62,400 bases of DNA from a bacterium. Lineage in GTDB: Bacteria > Patescibacteriota > Patescibacteriia > UBA9570. The notes beneath the pieces were generated by a model that was not told where the DNA came from, did not search any database, and saw only the letters and a list, made by a program, of their open reading frames with translations. A program made the position numbers and the translations under genes. Positions 45,187 to 53,309 of the stretch are shown in pieces; within the stretch, counting starts at the first letter, position 1; every line of letters begins with the position of its first letter. The stretch is taken from positions 1-62,400 of the forward strand of contig JAUYKW010000005.1 of the NCBI GenBank assembly GCA_030698395.1, written 5' to 3'.

Positions 45187-45195
45187 TGATATAAT
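45187..45195 (+). promoter_or_regulatory. Extended -10 promoter TGaTATAAT, 6 nt upstream of the ATG at 45202
   Basis: tgatataat at 45187-45195. Confidence 0.45.
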
Positions 45196-45201
45196 AATAT
45201 T

Positions 45202-45321
45202 ATGAAGAATTTATTATCAGATCAACGAGGCATGGGCCTATCTACAAAAATTGCTTTAATTTTTGGAGGATTAGTTGCATTAGTGTTCATTGTTGGTATC
45301 ATTGCATATTTCGTTAGTTAG
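45202..45321 (+). CDS. 39-aa single-TM micropeptide (candidate)
   Basis: MKNLLSDQRGMGLSTKIALIFGGLVALVFIVGIIAYFVS. Leaderless-type promoter upstream; a hairpin spans its stop codon. Below the length cut-off of the ORF track. Confidence 0.45.
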   Translation: MKNLLSDQRGMGLSTKIALIFGGLVALVFIVGIIAYFVS

Positions 45322-45335
45322 ATTTTTTAGCTAAC
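45313..45335 (+). terminator. Hairpin overlapping the micropeptide stop codon
   Basis: gttagtta (45313-45320) pairs with tagctaac (45328-45335): 8 bp including one G-U. Weak T-tract. Confidence 0.3.
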
Positions 45336-45491
45336 TTAATTAGTTGATTTACTAATTTATTAATTAAGCCTGCATAAGAGGCTATTATATTTATGGGTGA
45401 AAAAGACATTTCGCAACAACCTTTTTTGGGAGAGGCATTAGATCAATGTCTGAGCGATATGCGAAAATTTGGTTATACTTGGTAGTTAAAG

Positions 45492-45520
45492 TTGACGTAA
45501 TGAAAAAAATATGCTATTAT
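45492..45520 (+). promoter_or_regulatory. Promoter TTGACG-17-TGcTATTAT for the first propeller-LDT gene
   Basis: ttgacg at 45492-45497, 17-nt spacer, tattat at 45515-45520 with TG at 45512-45513. The leader contains GGAGGA at 45535-45540. Confidence 0.6.
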
Positions 45521-45564
45521 TAGCATAAATTAGTGGAGGAAAAATAAAAATAAAAAACAATTTT

Positions 45565-47001
45565 ATGAAGATCATAGCATTAAACAATGCAAGAAATTTT
45601 TTTGGGATAGCTATCCATATAGCTATTTTTTGTTTGGTTTTTTTTGTTTTGCCTTATTCTGTAAGTGCTGCACAGTATTATCGTTCTCCAGAAGTGAAGC
45701 TTTTTTCTGAATCATCTCAAGGCTTTACCAATATGCATAGTTTTTATGCTTATGATTCTTTATTTACTGGCGGTGGTACTGTTGCAGTAGCAGATTTAGG
45801 TACGGATGGAGTTAATGAAATAGTCACAGCTGCAGGATTAGGTGGATCTCCTCATATTAGAACTTTTGATTTGGCTGGTAACTTTTTAACTCAATTCTAC
45901 GCTTACGATGAAAATATGCGAGCAGGCGTAAATGTTACCGCAGGAGACATTGACGGTGATGGTAGAGCTGAAATAATTACAGCACCTAAATCAGGTGGTG
46001 GACCACACGTTCGTGTGTTCAATTCTTATGGCATGGTCAAATCTACTGTTGGCTATTATGCTTATGATGTGGAGTATCATGGAGGAGTTAATATTGCAGC
46101 CGGAGATGTAGATGGTGATGGTATAGATGAGATTGTTACTGGTACAGGAATAGATACTGCATCACATGTACGTGTCTTTGATGGTACTGGCACTCCAAAA
46201 GATTTAGATTTTTATCCCTTTGCTGCAGAGATGCAGGGTGGTGTTAGTGTAGCAGTAGGAAATGTTGATGGTGGTTTAGAGTCGGAAATTATTACAGCTG
46301 TGCAGAATAATGGAGAGGCTTGGGTAAAAGTTTACAAATATAATTCCGAACGGACAATTCTTGGAGAGTGGAAAGCATTTGATAATGGATTTAGCGGAGG
46401 AATCAATGTTACAGCAGGGGATGTTGATGGAGATGGTTTGGATGAAGTAATTGTTGCAGTTAATGGTCACGGTGGTCCACAAGTATTAATGTTTAAAGCT
46501 CATGGAGATCAGTTGAATCCTGGATTTTTTGCATACGAAGAAGATTTTCATGGTGGAGTTGCTGTAGCCGTAGGGGATATCGATAATTCAGGTCGGGAAA
46601 GTGTAGTGGTTTTACCCGGCAAGATGAAACCTGATGGCCGAACCGATGTTGCAAAATATGTGCGAGTAGATTTAAGCGAGCAACGTATGTATGCATATGA
46701 GCAAGGATATTTAGTGAATTCATTTTTAGTATCAACTGGCTTATCTAGAACTCCAACACCTCCTGGTGAATATCATATTCAGCGTAAGTTATATAGTCAT
46801 TTATACTCTGGTCCAGGCTATTATTTACCAAATACCTTGTATAATTTACAATTTCGTTCTGGATACTACTTACATGGCGCATATTGGCATAATAATTTTG
46901 GTCATCCAATGAGCCATGGTTGTGTAAATATAAGCTATCATGACGCAGCATGGTTATTTGATTGGATGCAGGTTGGAGATTTGACAGTCATTGAGTATTA
47001 A
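45565..47001 (+). CDS. FG-GAP/VCBS-like beta-propeller fused to an L,D-transpeptidase (YkuD) domain, copy 1
   Basis: 478 aa with a signal/anchor helix. Six repeats of GGVxVxAGDVDGDGxDEIVT...GGPHVRVF. C-terminal YkuD core with catalytic HGAYWHNNFGHPMSHGCVNIS. Confidence 0.85.
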   Translation: MKIIALNNARNFFGIAIHIAIFCLVFFVLPYSVSAAQYYRSPEVKLFSESSQGFTNMHSFYAYDSLFTGGGTVAVADLGTDGVNEIVTAAGLGGSPHIRTFDLAGNFLTQFYAYDENMRAGVNVTAGDIDGDGRAEIITAPKSGGGPHVRVFNSYGMVKSTVGYYAYDVEYHGGVNIAAGDVDGDGIDEIVTGTGIDTASHVRVFDGTGTPKDLDFYPFAAEMQGGVSVAVGNVDGGLESEIITAVQNNGEAWVKVYKYNSERTILGEWKAFDNGFSGGINVTAGDVDGDGLDEVIVAVNGHGGPQVLMFKAHGDQLNPGFFAYEEDFHGGVAVAVGDIDNSGRESVVVLPGKMKPDGRTDVAKYVRVDLSEQRMYAYEQGYLVNSFLVSTGLSRTPTPPGEYHIQRKLYSHLYSGPGYYLPNTLYNLQFRSGYYLHGAYWHNNFGHPMSHGCVNISYHDAAWLFDWMQVGDLTVIEY

Positions 47002-47018
47002 TAAACTTAAAAAAATAT

Positions 47019-47055
47019 AACAAGTTCACTATAGTTGTGTGAGCTTGTTCTTTGT
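47019..47055 (+). terminator. Intrinsic-terminator-like hairpin after LDT copy 1
   Basis: aacaagttcac (47019-47029) pairs with gtgagcttgtt (47039-47049): 11 bp with one G-U. Followed by cTTTgTgaTT. Confidence 0.5.
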
Positions 47056-47109
47056 GATTAGCGGTTTTGGCAGGCCGTTGATTTTTACCATGCCTACAGA
47101 GGAGGCGAC

Positions 47110-47241
47110 GTGCCACGGAAAAATGACGAATGTGTTGATCTGGAAACTGACGAGATAGATGATGTCACTACCGATAGCTCCGGCTGCGGTGCTGGAGACG
47201 GTCTTTGGGAACGTCCCTCCGTGAATGGCTTTTCAGAATAA
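47110..47241 (+). CDS. Candidate 43-aa acidic Cys-containing peptide with a strong SD (speculative)
   Basis: GGAGG at 47101-47105, then GTG at 47110. Translation MPRKNDECVDLETDEIDDVTTDSSGCGAGDGLWERPSVNGFSE, stop at 47239-47241 inside a hairpin. Lies in a GC-rich island; no homology recognised. Confidence 0.25.
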   Translation: MPRKNDECVDLETDEIDDVTTDSSGCGAGDGLWERPSVNGFSE

Positions 47242-47249
47242 AAAAGCCG

Positions 47250-47258
47250 TGTTATCAT
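47250..47258 (+). promoter_or_regulatory. Extended -10 TGtTATCAT, 6 nt upstream of the ATG at 47265
   Basis: tgttatcat at 47250-47258. Confidence 0.45.
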
Positions 47259-47264
47259 ACATGC

Positions 47265-48653
47265 ATGAAAAAATACTTATTTCCCTTAGTCTTTTTGGCT
47301 TTTTTACCATTCTCAGCGTTTGCTGTAGATGAGATGAATCCAGAAGTACACATATTCGACAATAACCTTAATCAAACAAATTCATTTACCGTATTTGACG
47401 GGCAATTTAAAGGAGGATCAGACGTCGCTTTAGCAGATGTTGATGGTGATGGAGCTGATGAAATTATTGTAGCTGCTGGTAGAGGCGGTGGACCAATGGT
47501 ACAAATTTGGGAAGCTGATGGCAGATTGATTAGTCAGTTCTTTGTATACGAAGAATATATTCATACTGGTATAAAGGTTGCAGCTGGAGATTTAGACGGA
47601 GATGGCAAAGCAGAAATTGTTACTGGAACAGAATTTGGAGGTGGTCCACATGTTCGAGTTTTTGATGCGAGCGGAAATGTACAATATACTCCTGGATTTT
47701 TTGCTTTTGATCAAGCATTTCGAGGGGGTGTTGATATTACAGTCGGAGACTTTAGTGGAAATGGAAGAGCGGAGATTGCTGCGTCAGCTGGGCCAAGTGG
47801 AGCACCCCACGTGCGTTTGTTTGATAGATTTGGTAATTATTTAGGAGCAGATTTTAGACCCTTTGCAGATGATAATAGAGGCGGAGTTGCATTAGCAACA
47901 GCCAATGTAGATGGTGGTGACGATGATGAATTGGTTATGTCTATTCAGGCTGCGGGAGAAGGTTGGGTAAAAGTTTATAAAAAGGACGGTACAATAGTAG
48001 GGGAATGGAAGAATTTTGATGGTTTATATACTGGAGTAACTATTGGAGCAGGCGATGTAGATGGGGATGGCAAAGATGAAATTGCTGTTACTCCTCGCCA
48101 TAACGCAGGTCCTCAAGTAGTGTTTTTTGAAGGTTATGGTCAGCAATTATCAAACTTTTTTGCTTATAATGATGACTTTAGAGGTGGTTTGCGAATAGCA
48201 GGTGGAGATCTTGATGGCGACGGAACGGATGAATTTGTCACAGTGCCAGGAAAAAATCGTTCTCAAGGAAGAGCTGATTTTATCAGATACATTGAAACTG
48301 ATATTTCAGATCAAACTACTAGAGTTTATGAATATGGAGAACTTATTCGAGAGTTTAGGGTTTCAACGGGTATTGCAAGATATCCTACACCGTTGGGTGA
48401 ATATAAAGTAACTCAGAAAATTTATAATAAAGATTATACCTGGAATTACGGAGAAAATCATCCAGATAATTATGATTTAAAAGATGTGAAATGGAATTTG
48501 CGATATAATGGGCCATTTCATTTACATTATGCTTATTGGCATAACAACTTTGGTCATCCAATGAGTCATGGTTGTACAAACATTGATCGGTGGAACGCAG
48601 AGTGGCTATATAACTGGGCGAATGTAGGAGATCCTGTTATCAATGTTCAATAA
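47265..48653 (+). CDS. FG-GAP/VCBS-like beta-propeller fused to an L,D-transpeptidase (YkuD) domain, copy 2
   Basis: Start taken at ATG 47265 (MKKYLFPLVFLAFLPFSAFA signal peptide); the track's 47205 start is a TTG. Six propeller repeats and the YkuD motif HYAYWHNNFGHPMSHGCTNID. Confidence 0.85.
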   Translation: MKKYLFPLVFLAFLPFSAFAVDEMNPEVHIFDNNLNQTNSFTVFDGQFKGGSDVALADVDGDGADEIIVAAGRGGGPMVQIWEADGRLISQFFVYEEYIHTGIKVAAGDLDGDGKAEIVTGTEFGGGPHVRVFDASGNVQYTPGFFAFDQAFRGGVDITVGDFSGNGRAEIAASAGPSGAPHVRLFDRFGNYLGADFRPFADDNRGGVALATANVDGGDDDELVMSIQAAGEGWVKVYKKDGTIVGEWKNFDGLYTGVTIGAGDVDGDGKDEIAVTPRHNAGPQVVFFEGYGQQLSNFFAYNDDFRGGLRIAGGDLDGDGTDEFVTVPGKNRSQGRADFIRYIETDISDQTTRVYEYGELIREFRVSTGIARYPTPLGEYKVTQKIYNKDYTWNYGENHPDNYDLKDVKWNLRYNGPFHLHYAYWHNNFGHPMSHGCTNIDRWNAEWLYNWANVGDPVINVQ

Positions 48654-49245
48654 TATGAAAATTGCTCTTGGTTTAATACTTGCATTCATACTACCGATAG
48701 GGTTATTTGCAGTCACAATACCTGAGGCTTCAGATGTTGTGTTGATTTATGATAATGCAAATGATGAACAACAGGGGAAATACAATTATCTATATCAAGT
48801 GCAAAATGAGAGTGAAATCTTTCCTTGTGAAGCGAGTAAATGTAGTACTGACGCATTTAGAGATCGCGGAACTATAACAATGGTGGTATATAAGTTGCCA
48901 GAAGGTTTCCCTCGTGTGCAGGGTATTGCTGATCAGGATAACCTACAGGATTATGTAGATAGTGCAGAACAGCAGTATGTTTTAGAAAATATCGTTACTG
49001 ATTGGTCGTCAGGTGTAGATGGTAGACCGTATCAGTTGGTACATTTATATCCTGATGGTACGGCCGTAATAGATGCTATAACCTATAATAAGCCGGAAAT
49101 TAACGGTGACAAAGGTGATGTAGTAGTGGAGGAGAAGGATAGTAAATTAGCAATTATTTTAGGAAGTCTTCTATTAGCTATAGTATTAGTTATCGGTAGT
49201 ATATTCCTATGGAGGTTTATCCAGCGTCGTAGATTGCGTTATTAA
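48643..49245 (+). CDS. Bitopic membrane/exported protein of unknown function
   Basis: 200 aa. N-terminal signal-like helix, C-terminal TM helix plus an RRRLRY stop-transfer tail. No recognised motif. Confidence 0.6.
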   Translation: MFNNMKIALGLILAFILPIGLFAVTIPEASDVVLIYDNANDEQQGKYNYLYQVQNESEIFPCEASKCSTDAFRDRGTITMVVYKLPEGFPRVQGIADQDNLQDYVDSAEQQYVLENIVTDWSSGVDGRPYQLVHLYPDGTAVIDAITYNKPEINGDKGDVVVEEKDSKLAIILGSLLLAIVLVIGSIFLWRFIQRRRLRY

Positions 49246-49262
49246 GAGTTTTTTCATATACT
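49234..49262 (+). promoter_or_regulatory. Promoter TTGCGT-17-TATACT, 9 nt upstream of the secD ATG
   Basis: ttgcgt at 49234-49239, tatact at 49257-49262, ATG at 49272. Confidence 0.45.
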
Positions 49263-49271
49263 ACTTATCGT

Positions 49272-51062
49272 ATGACAACTAGACAAAAATTATGGCTTTC
49301 AATTCTTGGGATTGTAGTGCTAGCAGTACTATCTGGGGTTGTTGATTATCCTAAAGGGCCGGATATTACTTGGAAGGGAGATATGGTACGAGAACTTAAG
49401 GTTCATCTTGGTTTAGATTTGCAAGGTGGAACTTCTTTGGTGTATGAGGCTGATTTATCAAATATAACAGAAGGTGAAGAACAGGAAGCAATGGCTGGTA
49501 TCAGAGATGTCTTAGAACGTCGGGTTAATGCTTTTGGAGTGTCTGAGCCGTTAGTGCAAACTAATAGAGCGGGTGATTCATGGAGAGTATTAATAGAATT
49601 ACCAGGAATTACTGATATCAATAGAGCAGTAGAAGAAATTGGAGAAACTCCTTTGCTTGAGTTTAAAACAGAAGGAGCCACTGAACTTTCAGAAGAACAA
49701 CTGGCATCCATTAGGAAGGTTAATGAGGAAAGCAAGGTAACAGCTCAAGCAATATTAGATCGTGTACAAGGTGGGGAGGATTTTTCAGAGATAGCGATTG
49801 CAGAAAGTGTTGATACTGTTTCTGGTGCAGAAGGCGGAGATTTAGGCTATTTTGCAAGGGGAGATATGGTTCCTGAATTCGAAGACGTTGCTTTTGCTGG
49901 AGAGGTTGGAGCAGTGATTCCAGAGTTAGTTGAAACTGAATTTGGTTTTCATATTATAAGAGTAGATGATAAAGCAATAGGAAATCCAGATGAGTTGAAT
50001 TCACAGGATGAAGCTGAAGTAAGTGAAGAAAACGTTGAATCACCAGAAGAAGTTTCAGTTGTTGAGAATACACCAGCGGATGCAGTTGCTATTGAAGATG
50101 CAGAGAATAATACAGACGTTGATAGTGAGAGTAATGCTGAAGAAGTAGTGCGGGCATCTCATATTTTAATTGGAAAAGTATCAGAAAATGCTGAAGATTA
50201 TGGAATTCAGTATGAAAACACTGAGTTAACGGGTAAACAGTTAAAAAGAGCAGATGTAGTATTTGATCAAAATACTACTGCGCCAATCGTATCATTATCA
50301 TTTGATAGTGAAGGATCCAAGTTATTCGAACAAATTACTTCAGATAATATTGGTAAAACTATCGCTATTTATTTGGATGGCGTAGCTATTAGCACTCCAG
50401 TCGTGAATCAGGTTATTTCAGGTGGGGAAGCGGTGATAGAGGGAAATTTTGATATTGAAGAAGCTAGAACATTATCAAGACGTTTAAATGCGGGTGCTTT
50501 GCCTGTGGATATAAATTTGGTAAACCAAAGAAACATTGGTCCAACATTGGGTGAAGAGGCGATACAACGTAGTGTTGTTGCTGGTCTATTAGGAGTAATA
50601 ATACTGGCATTCTTCATGGTTGCTTACTATCGATTACCAGGCTTAGTTGCAGTTGTTGCATTAAGCATATATGGATTAGTTTTATTAGCTATATTTAAGC
50701 TGTGGCCAATCACGTTAACATTATCTGGTGTTGCTGGATTCATCTTATCCTTAGGAATAGCCGTTGATGCTAATGTTTTAATATTTGAGCGTTTAAAGGA
50801 AGAGCTGCGTAATGGTAAATCTCTAGAGAAAGCAATAGATGATGGCTTTAAGAGAGCATGGCTATCGATTAGAGATTCAAATATGTCATCGTTAATTACT
50901 TGTTTAATTTTAATTTGGTTTGGTACGTCCGTTATTAAAGGATTTGCAATTACTTTATCTATTGGTATTGTTTTGAGTATGTTTTCAGCTATCACAATAA
51001 CTCGCAACATTCTTAAAATTGTTCCAATAAAAAATACTAGATTATTTGGTGTAAAAAGATGA
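49272..51062 (+). CDS. secD: Protein translocase subunit SecD with an inserted parvulin-type PPIase-like domain
   Basis: 596 aa. LGLDLQGGTSL, P1-domain motifs and 5 C-terminal TM helices. Residues ~155-233 read GEDFSEIA...GGDLGYFARGDMVPEFEDVAF...TEFGFHIIRV (parvulin core). Confidence 0.9.
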   Translation: MTTRQKLWLSILGIVVLAVLSGVVDYPKGPDITWKGDMVRELKVHLGLDLQGGTSLVYEADLSNITEGEEQEAMAGIRDVLERRVNAFGVSEPLVQTNRAGDSWRVLIELPGITDINRAVEEIGETPLLEFKTEGATELSEEQLASIRKVNEESKVTAQAILDRVQGGEDFSEIAIAESVDTVSGAEGGDLGYFARGDMVPEFEDVAFAGEVGAVIPELVETEFGFHIIRVDDKAIGNPDELNSQDEAEVSEENVESPEEVSVVENTPADAVAIEDAENNTDVDSESNAEEVVRASHILIGKVSENAEDYGIQYENTELTGKQLKRADVVFDQNTTAPIVSLSFDSEGSKLFEQITSDNIGKTIAIYLDGVAISTPVVNQVISGGEAVIEGNFDIEEARTLSRRLNAGALPVDINLVNQRNIGPTLGEEAIQRSVVAGLLGVIILAFFMVAYYRLPGLVAVVALSIYGLVLLAIFKLWPITLTLSGVAGFILSLGIAVDANVLIFERLKEELRNGKSLEKAIDDGFKRAWLSIRDSNMSSLITCLILIWFGTSVIKGFAITLSIGIVLSMFSAITITRNILKIVPIKNTRLFGVKR

Positions 51063-51970
51063 AAAAGCAAGTAACCGAAGAAAAATTATTCAATATCCTA
51101 GGTACTAGAAAGATTTGGTATACAATATCTAGTGTAATGATTATCGCAACTTTCATTGCATGGATAGCCTTCGGTTTTAATTTAGGTATTGATTTTACTG
51201 GTGGATCATTGATGCAGGTGAAGTATCCTGATGTAGCGCCATCATCTGCTGAAATTGCGGATCAGTTATCAGGGTTAGATTTATCCGAGGTAGTAGTTCA
51301 ACCATCTGACGAGACAACTGTTATTCTAAAAGTGCCGTTTGTGAGCAATGAACAGAGGCAGGAAATTCTATCAACTTTAGGTGAAGGCGTTGTAGAAGAG
51401 AGCTTCGAGTCTATTGGACCTACCATTGGTCAAGAATTACGTGAGAAGTCTATAACAGCCATTATTTTGGTGGTGATAGCCATTATAGTTTACGTTGCAG
51501 TAGCGTTTCGTAAGGTTTCGCAGGGTCCGGTGCCATCATGGGCTTTTGGAGTTTCAGCAATTATAGCTTTATTGCATGATATTTTGATTACACTTGGTGT
51601 GTTCCTTGTGCTGGGTCATTATTTTGGAGTGGAAATAAATGTAATGTTTATTACGGCATTGCTTACAATACTTGGTTTTTCAGTTAATGATACTATAGTT
51701 GTGTTTGATCGTATTAGAGAGGGTTTACGACGCAGTCAGCAAGAAAATTTCGAAGGTGTTATCAATGAAAGTATTAATCATACTATGATGCGTTCATTAA
51801 ATACTTCAATTACAACTTTAATCGTGTTGTTTGCACTATATTTATTCGGAGGAGAGACAATTAAATACTTTGTATTGGCATTGATAATTGGTATTACTGC
51901 TGGTACATATTCTTCTATCTTTATTGCTAGTCCATTGTTATTATTATGGCAAAAAGTTCTTAAACGATAG
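51059..51970 (+). CDS. secF: Protein translocase subunit SecF
   Basis: 303 aa. IDFTGGS motif and a SecD/F 6-TM core. 4-nt overlap with secD. Confidence 0.9.
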   Translation: MKKQVTEEKLFNILGTRKIWYTISSVMIIATFIAWIAFGFNLGIDFTGGSLMQVKYPDVAPSSAEIADQLSGLDLSEVVVQPSDETTVILKVPFVSNEQRQEILSTLGEGVVEESFESIGPTIGQELREKSITAIILVVIAIIVYVAVAFRKVSQGPVPSWAFGVSAIIALLHDILITLGVFLVLGHYFGVEINVMFITALLTILGFSVNDTIVVFDRIREGLRRSQQENFEGVINESINHTMMRSLNTSITTLIVLFALYLFGGETIKYFVLALIIGITAGTYSSIFIASPLLLLWQKVLKR

Positions 51971-52015
51971 AAAAGAGAAGATTTCAAGAAAAGGAGTCAA
52001 TAAATTTACTAATGT

Positions 52016-52039
52016 TAGCCAAAATAGTGGCTATTTTTT
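52016..52039 (+). terminator. Intrinsic terminator after secF
   Basis: tagcca (52016-52021), loop aaatag, tggcta (52028-52033), then T6 (52034-52039). Confidence 0.6.
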
Positions 52040-52087
52040 GTTATGTTGATGAACCTTAGTTTGGGCGTGAATTGTTCTACCATATAA

Positions 52088-52116
52088 TTGACAGTTTGTA
52101 AAAGTTATGCTATACT
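52088..52116 (+). promoter_or_regulatory. Near-consensus promoter TTGACA-17-TATACT heading the 52.1-62.0 kb operon
   Basis: ttgaca at 52088-52093, 17-nt spacer, tatact at 52111-52116. About 46-nt leader to the ATG at 52163. Confidence 0.65.
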
Positions 52117-52162
52117 ACGAGAAGTAATAACAGATACACTTAATTGATAACTCTATTATTCT

Positions 52163-53302
52163 ATGTCAATAAATGACGCAACATCAGCTGGTGGGGGTTC
52201 TATTTTGGATAAAGTAATCGCAAGCAAGGAAGATCAAGAGAAACGTGACTTTGATCCCTCAGAAGTTATAAATCAACTATTAAAAACAATCTCAGATAAA
52301 GAAGCCGATGTATTACGGCGACGATTTGGATTGGGTGGAAAGGCGAAGGAAACATTAGAAGCAATTGGTAATTCGTATAATGTAACTAGAGAGCGAGTAA
52401 GACAAATTGAGAATCTTGCTGTAAAGAAAATTAAAGAGCATTCTAGTTTTGTAAATATGGTAAAGCCTGTAGAGCATGTGGTATTAACTGTGCTGGAGGA
52501 GAATGGGGGAATTATGAACGAGGCACATCTATTAGAAGAACTATTTACAGTTGGTAGATCAAAAAGTGATGATCAGGCAGTATTGTTTATGATTTCAGAG
52601 TTATTCGACTTTCGTTTTACAAAAGTAGGACCAAATGCCAAATTTGAGAAATCTTGGCAAGCTAAAACAGCAGATTTAGATTTTGTTATAAAAACAATTG
52701 AAATGCTAATAGACCTTATCAAAGAAGAAGATCAGCCAATGGAGCTGACGGTTTTGTACAACAGGGTGAAAGAGCGGGAATTTTATAAATTGAATGCCGA
52801 GAATTTAAATCGACAAATTATAACATCTTATTTACAAGTGAGTAAGAAAATAGCAGTAAATCCTTTCGGTGAGTATGGTTTGCGATCTTGGGGTAGTGTG
52901 ATGCCACGTAGAATGAATGACAAAATTTATCTCGTCTTGAAAAAAATGGGCAAACCTATGCATTTTGTTGATATTGCAAAACAAGTTTCTGAAGTGTTTA
53001 ACAAGGAAGCGTATCCGCCTACTGTGCATAACGAATTAATTTTGAATAAGCATTATGTGTTAGTTGGGAGAGGAATTTATGCACTTAAGGAATGGGGTTA
53101 TAAAAAAGGTGTAGTAGCTGATGTGATAATTGATGTGATGCGTAAAAGAGGGAACCCAATGCAACGAGATGAAATTGTTGATGCGGTTTTGAAGGAGCGG
53201 ATAGTAAAGAAGAACACTATTCATTTAGCACTTACTAATCGAGAGACATTTATTAAATTATCTGATGGGCGGTTTACTTTAAAGGAATCGATCAGCGAGT
53301 AG
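52163..53302 (+). CDS. Sigma-70 region-4 HTH protein with a C-terminal HARE-HTH-like domain (no sigma regions 2/3)
   Basis: 379 aa. DKEADVLRRRFGLGGKAKETLEAIGNSYNVTRERVRQIENLAVKKIK is a textbook sigma70 region 4.2. The C-terminus MHFVDIAKQVSEVF...VLVGRGIYALKEWGY resembles the HARE-HTH of the RNAP delta subunit. Confidence 0.7.
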   Translation: MSINDATSAGGGSILDKVIASKEDQEKRDFDPSEVINQLLKTISDKEADVLRRRFGLGGKAKETLEAIGNSYNVTRERVRQIENLAVKKIKEHSSFVNMVKPVEHVVLTVLEENGGIMNEAHLLEELFTVGRSKSDDQAVLFMISELFDFRFTKVGPNAKFEKSWQAKTADLDFVIKTIEMLIDLIKEEDQPMELTVLYNRVKEREFYKLNAENLNRQIITSYLQVSKKIAVNPFGEYGLRSWGSVMPRRMNDKIYLVLKKMGKPMHFVDIAKQVSEVFNKEAYPPTVHNELILNKHYVLVGRGIYALKEWGYKKGVVADVIIDVMRKRGNPMQRDEIVDAVLKERIVKKNTIHLALTNRETFIKLSDGRFTLKESISE

Positions 53303-53309
53303 AAAAATC

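Noticed and set aside
45393-45482. Second small ORF (29 aa, MGEKDISQQPFLGEALDQCLSDMRKFGYTW) in the secA-LDT spacer.
   Set aside because: It has no TM helix or motif. The -10-like box sits only 4 nt from the ATG, there is no SD and no terminator. Support is insufficient.
47061-47250. c-di-AMP (ydaO-type) riboswitch upstream of a cell-wall gene.
   Set aside because: There is a loose resemblance (CCGAUAGCU..., CCGUGAAUGG). I could not find the paired ACGGGGA/CCC pseudo-symmetric core. The LDT2 promoter also appears to lie downstream of the element. A covariance-model scan is needed before any such call.
50627-51070. 147-aa minus-strand ORF antisense to the secD TM region, plus other antisense ORFs inside conserved genes (e.g. 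712-957, 11527-11892, 13612-13932, 54592-55047).
   Set aside because: Each lies fully inside a gene with strong family motifs on the other strand. None has a motif or start context of its own.
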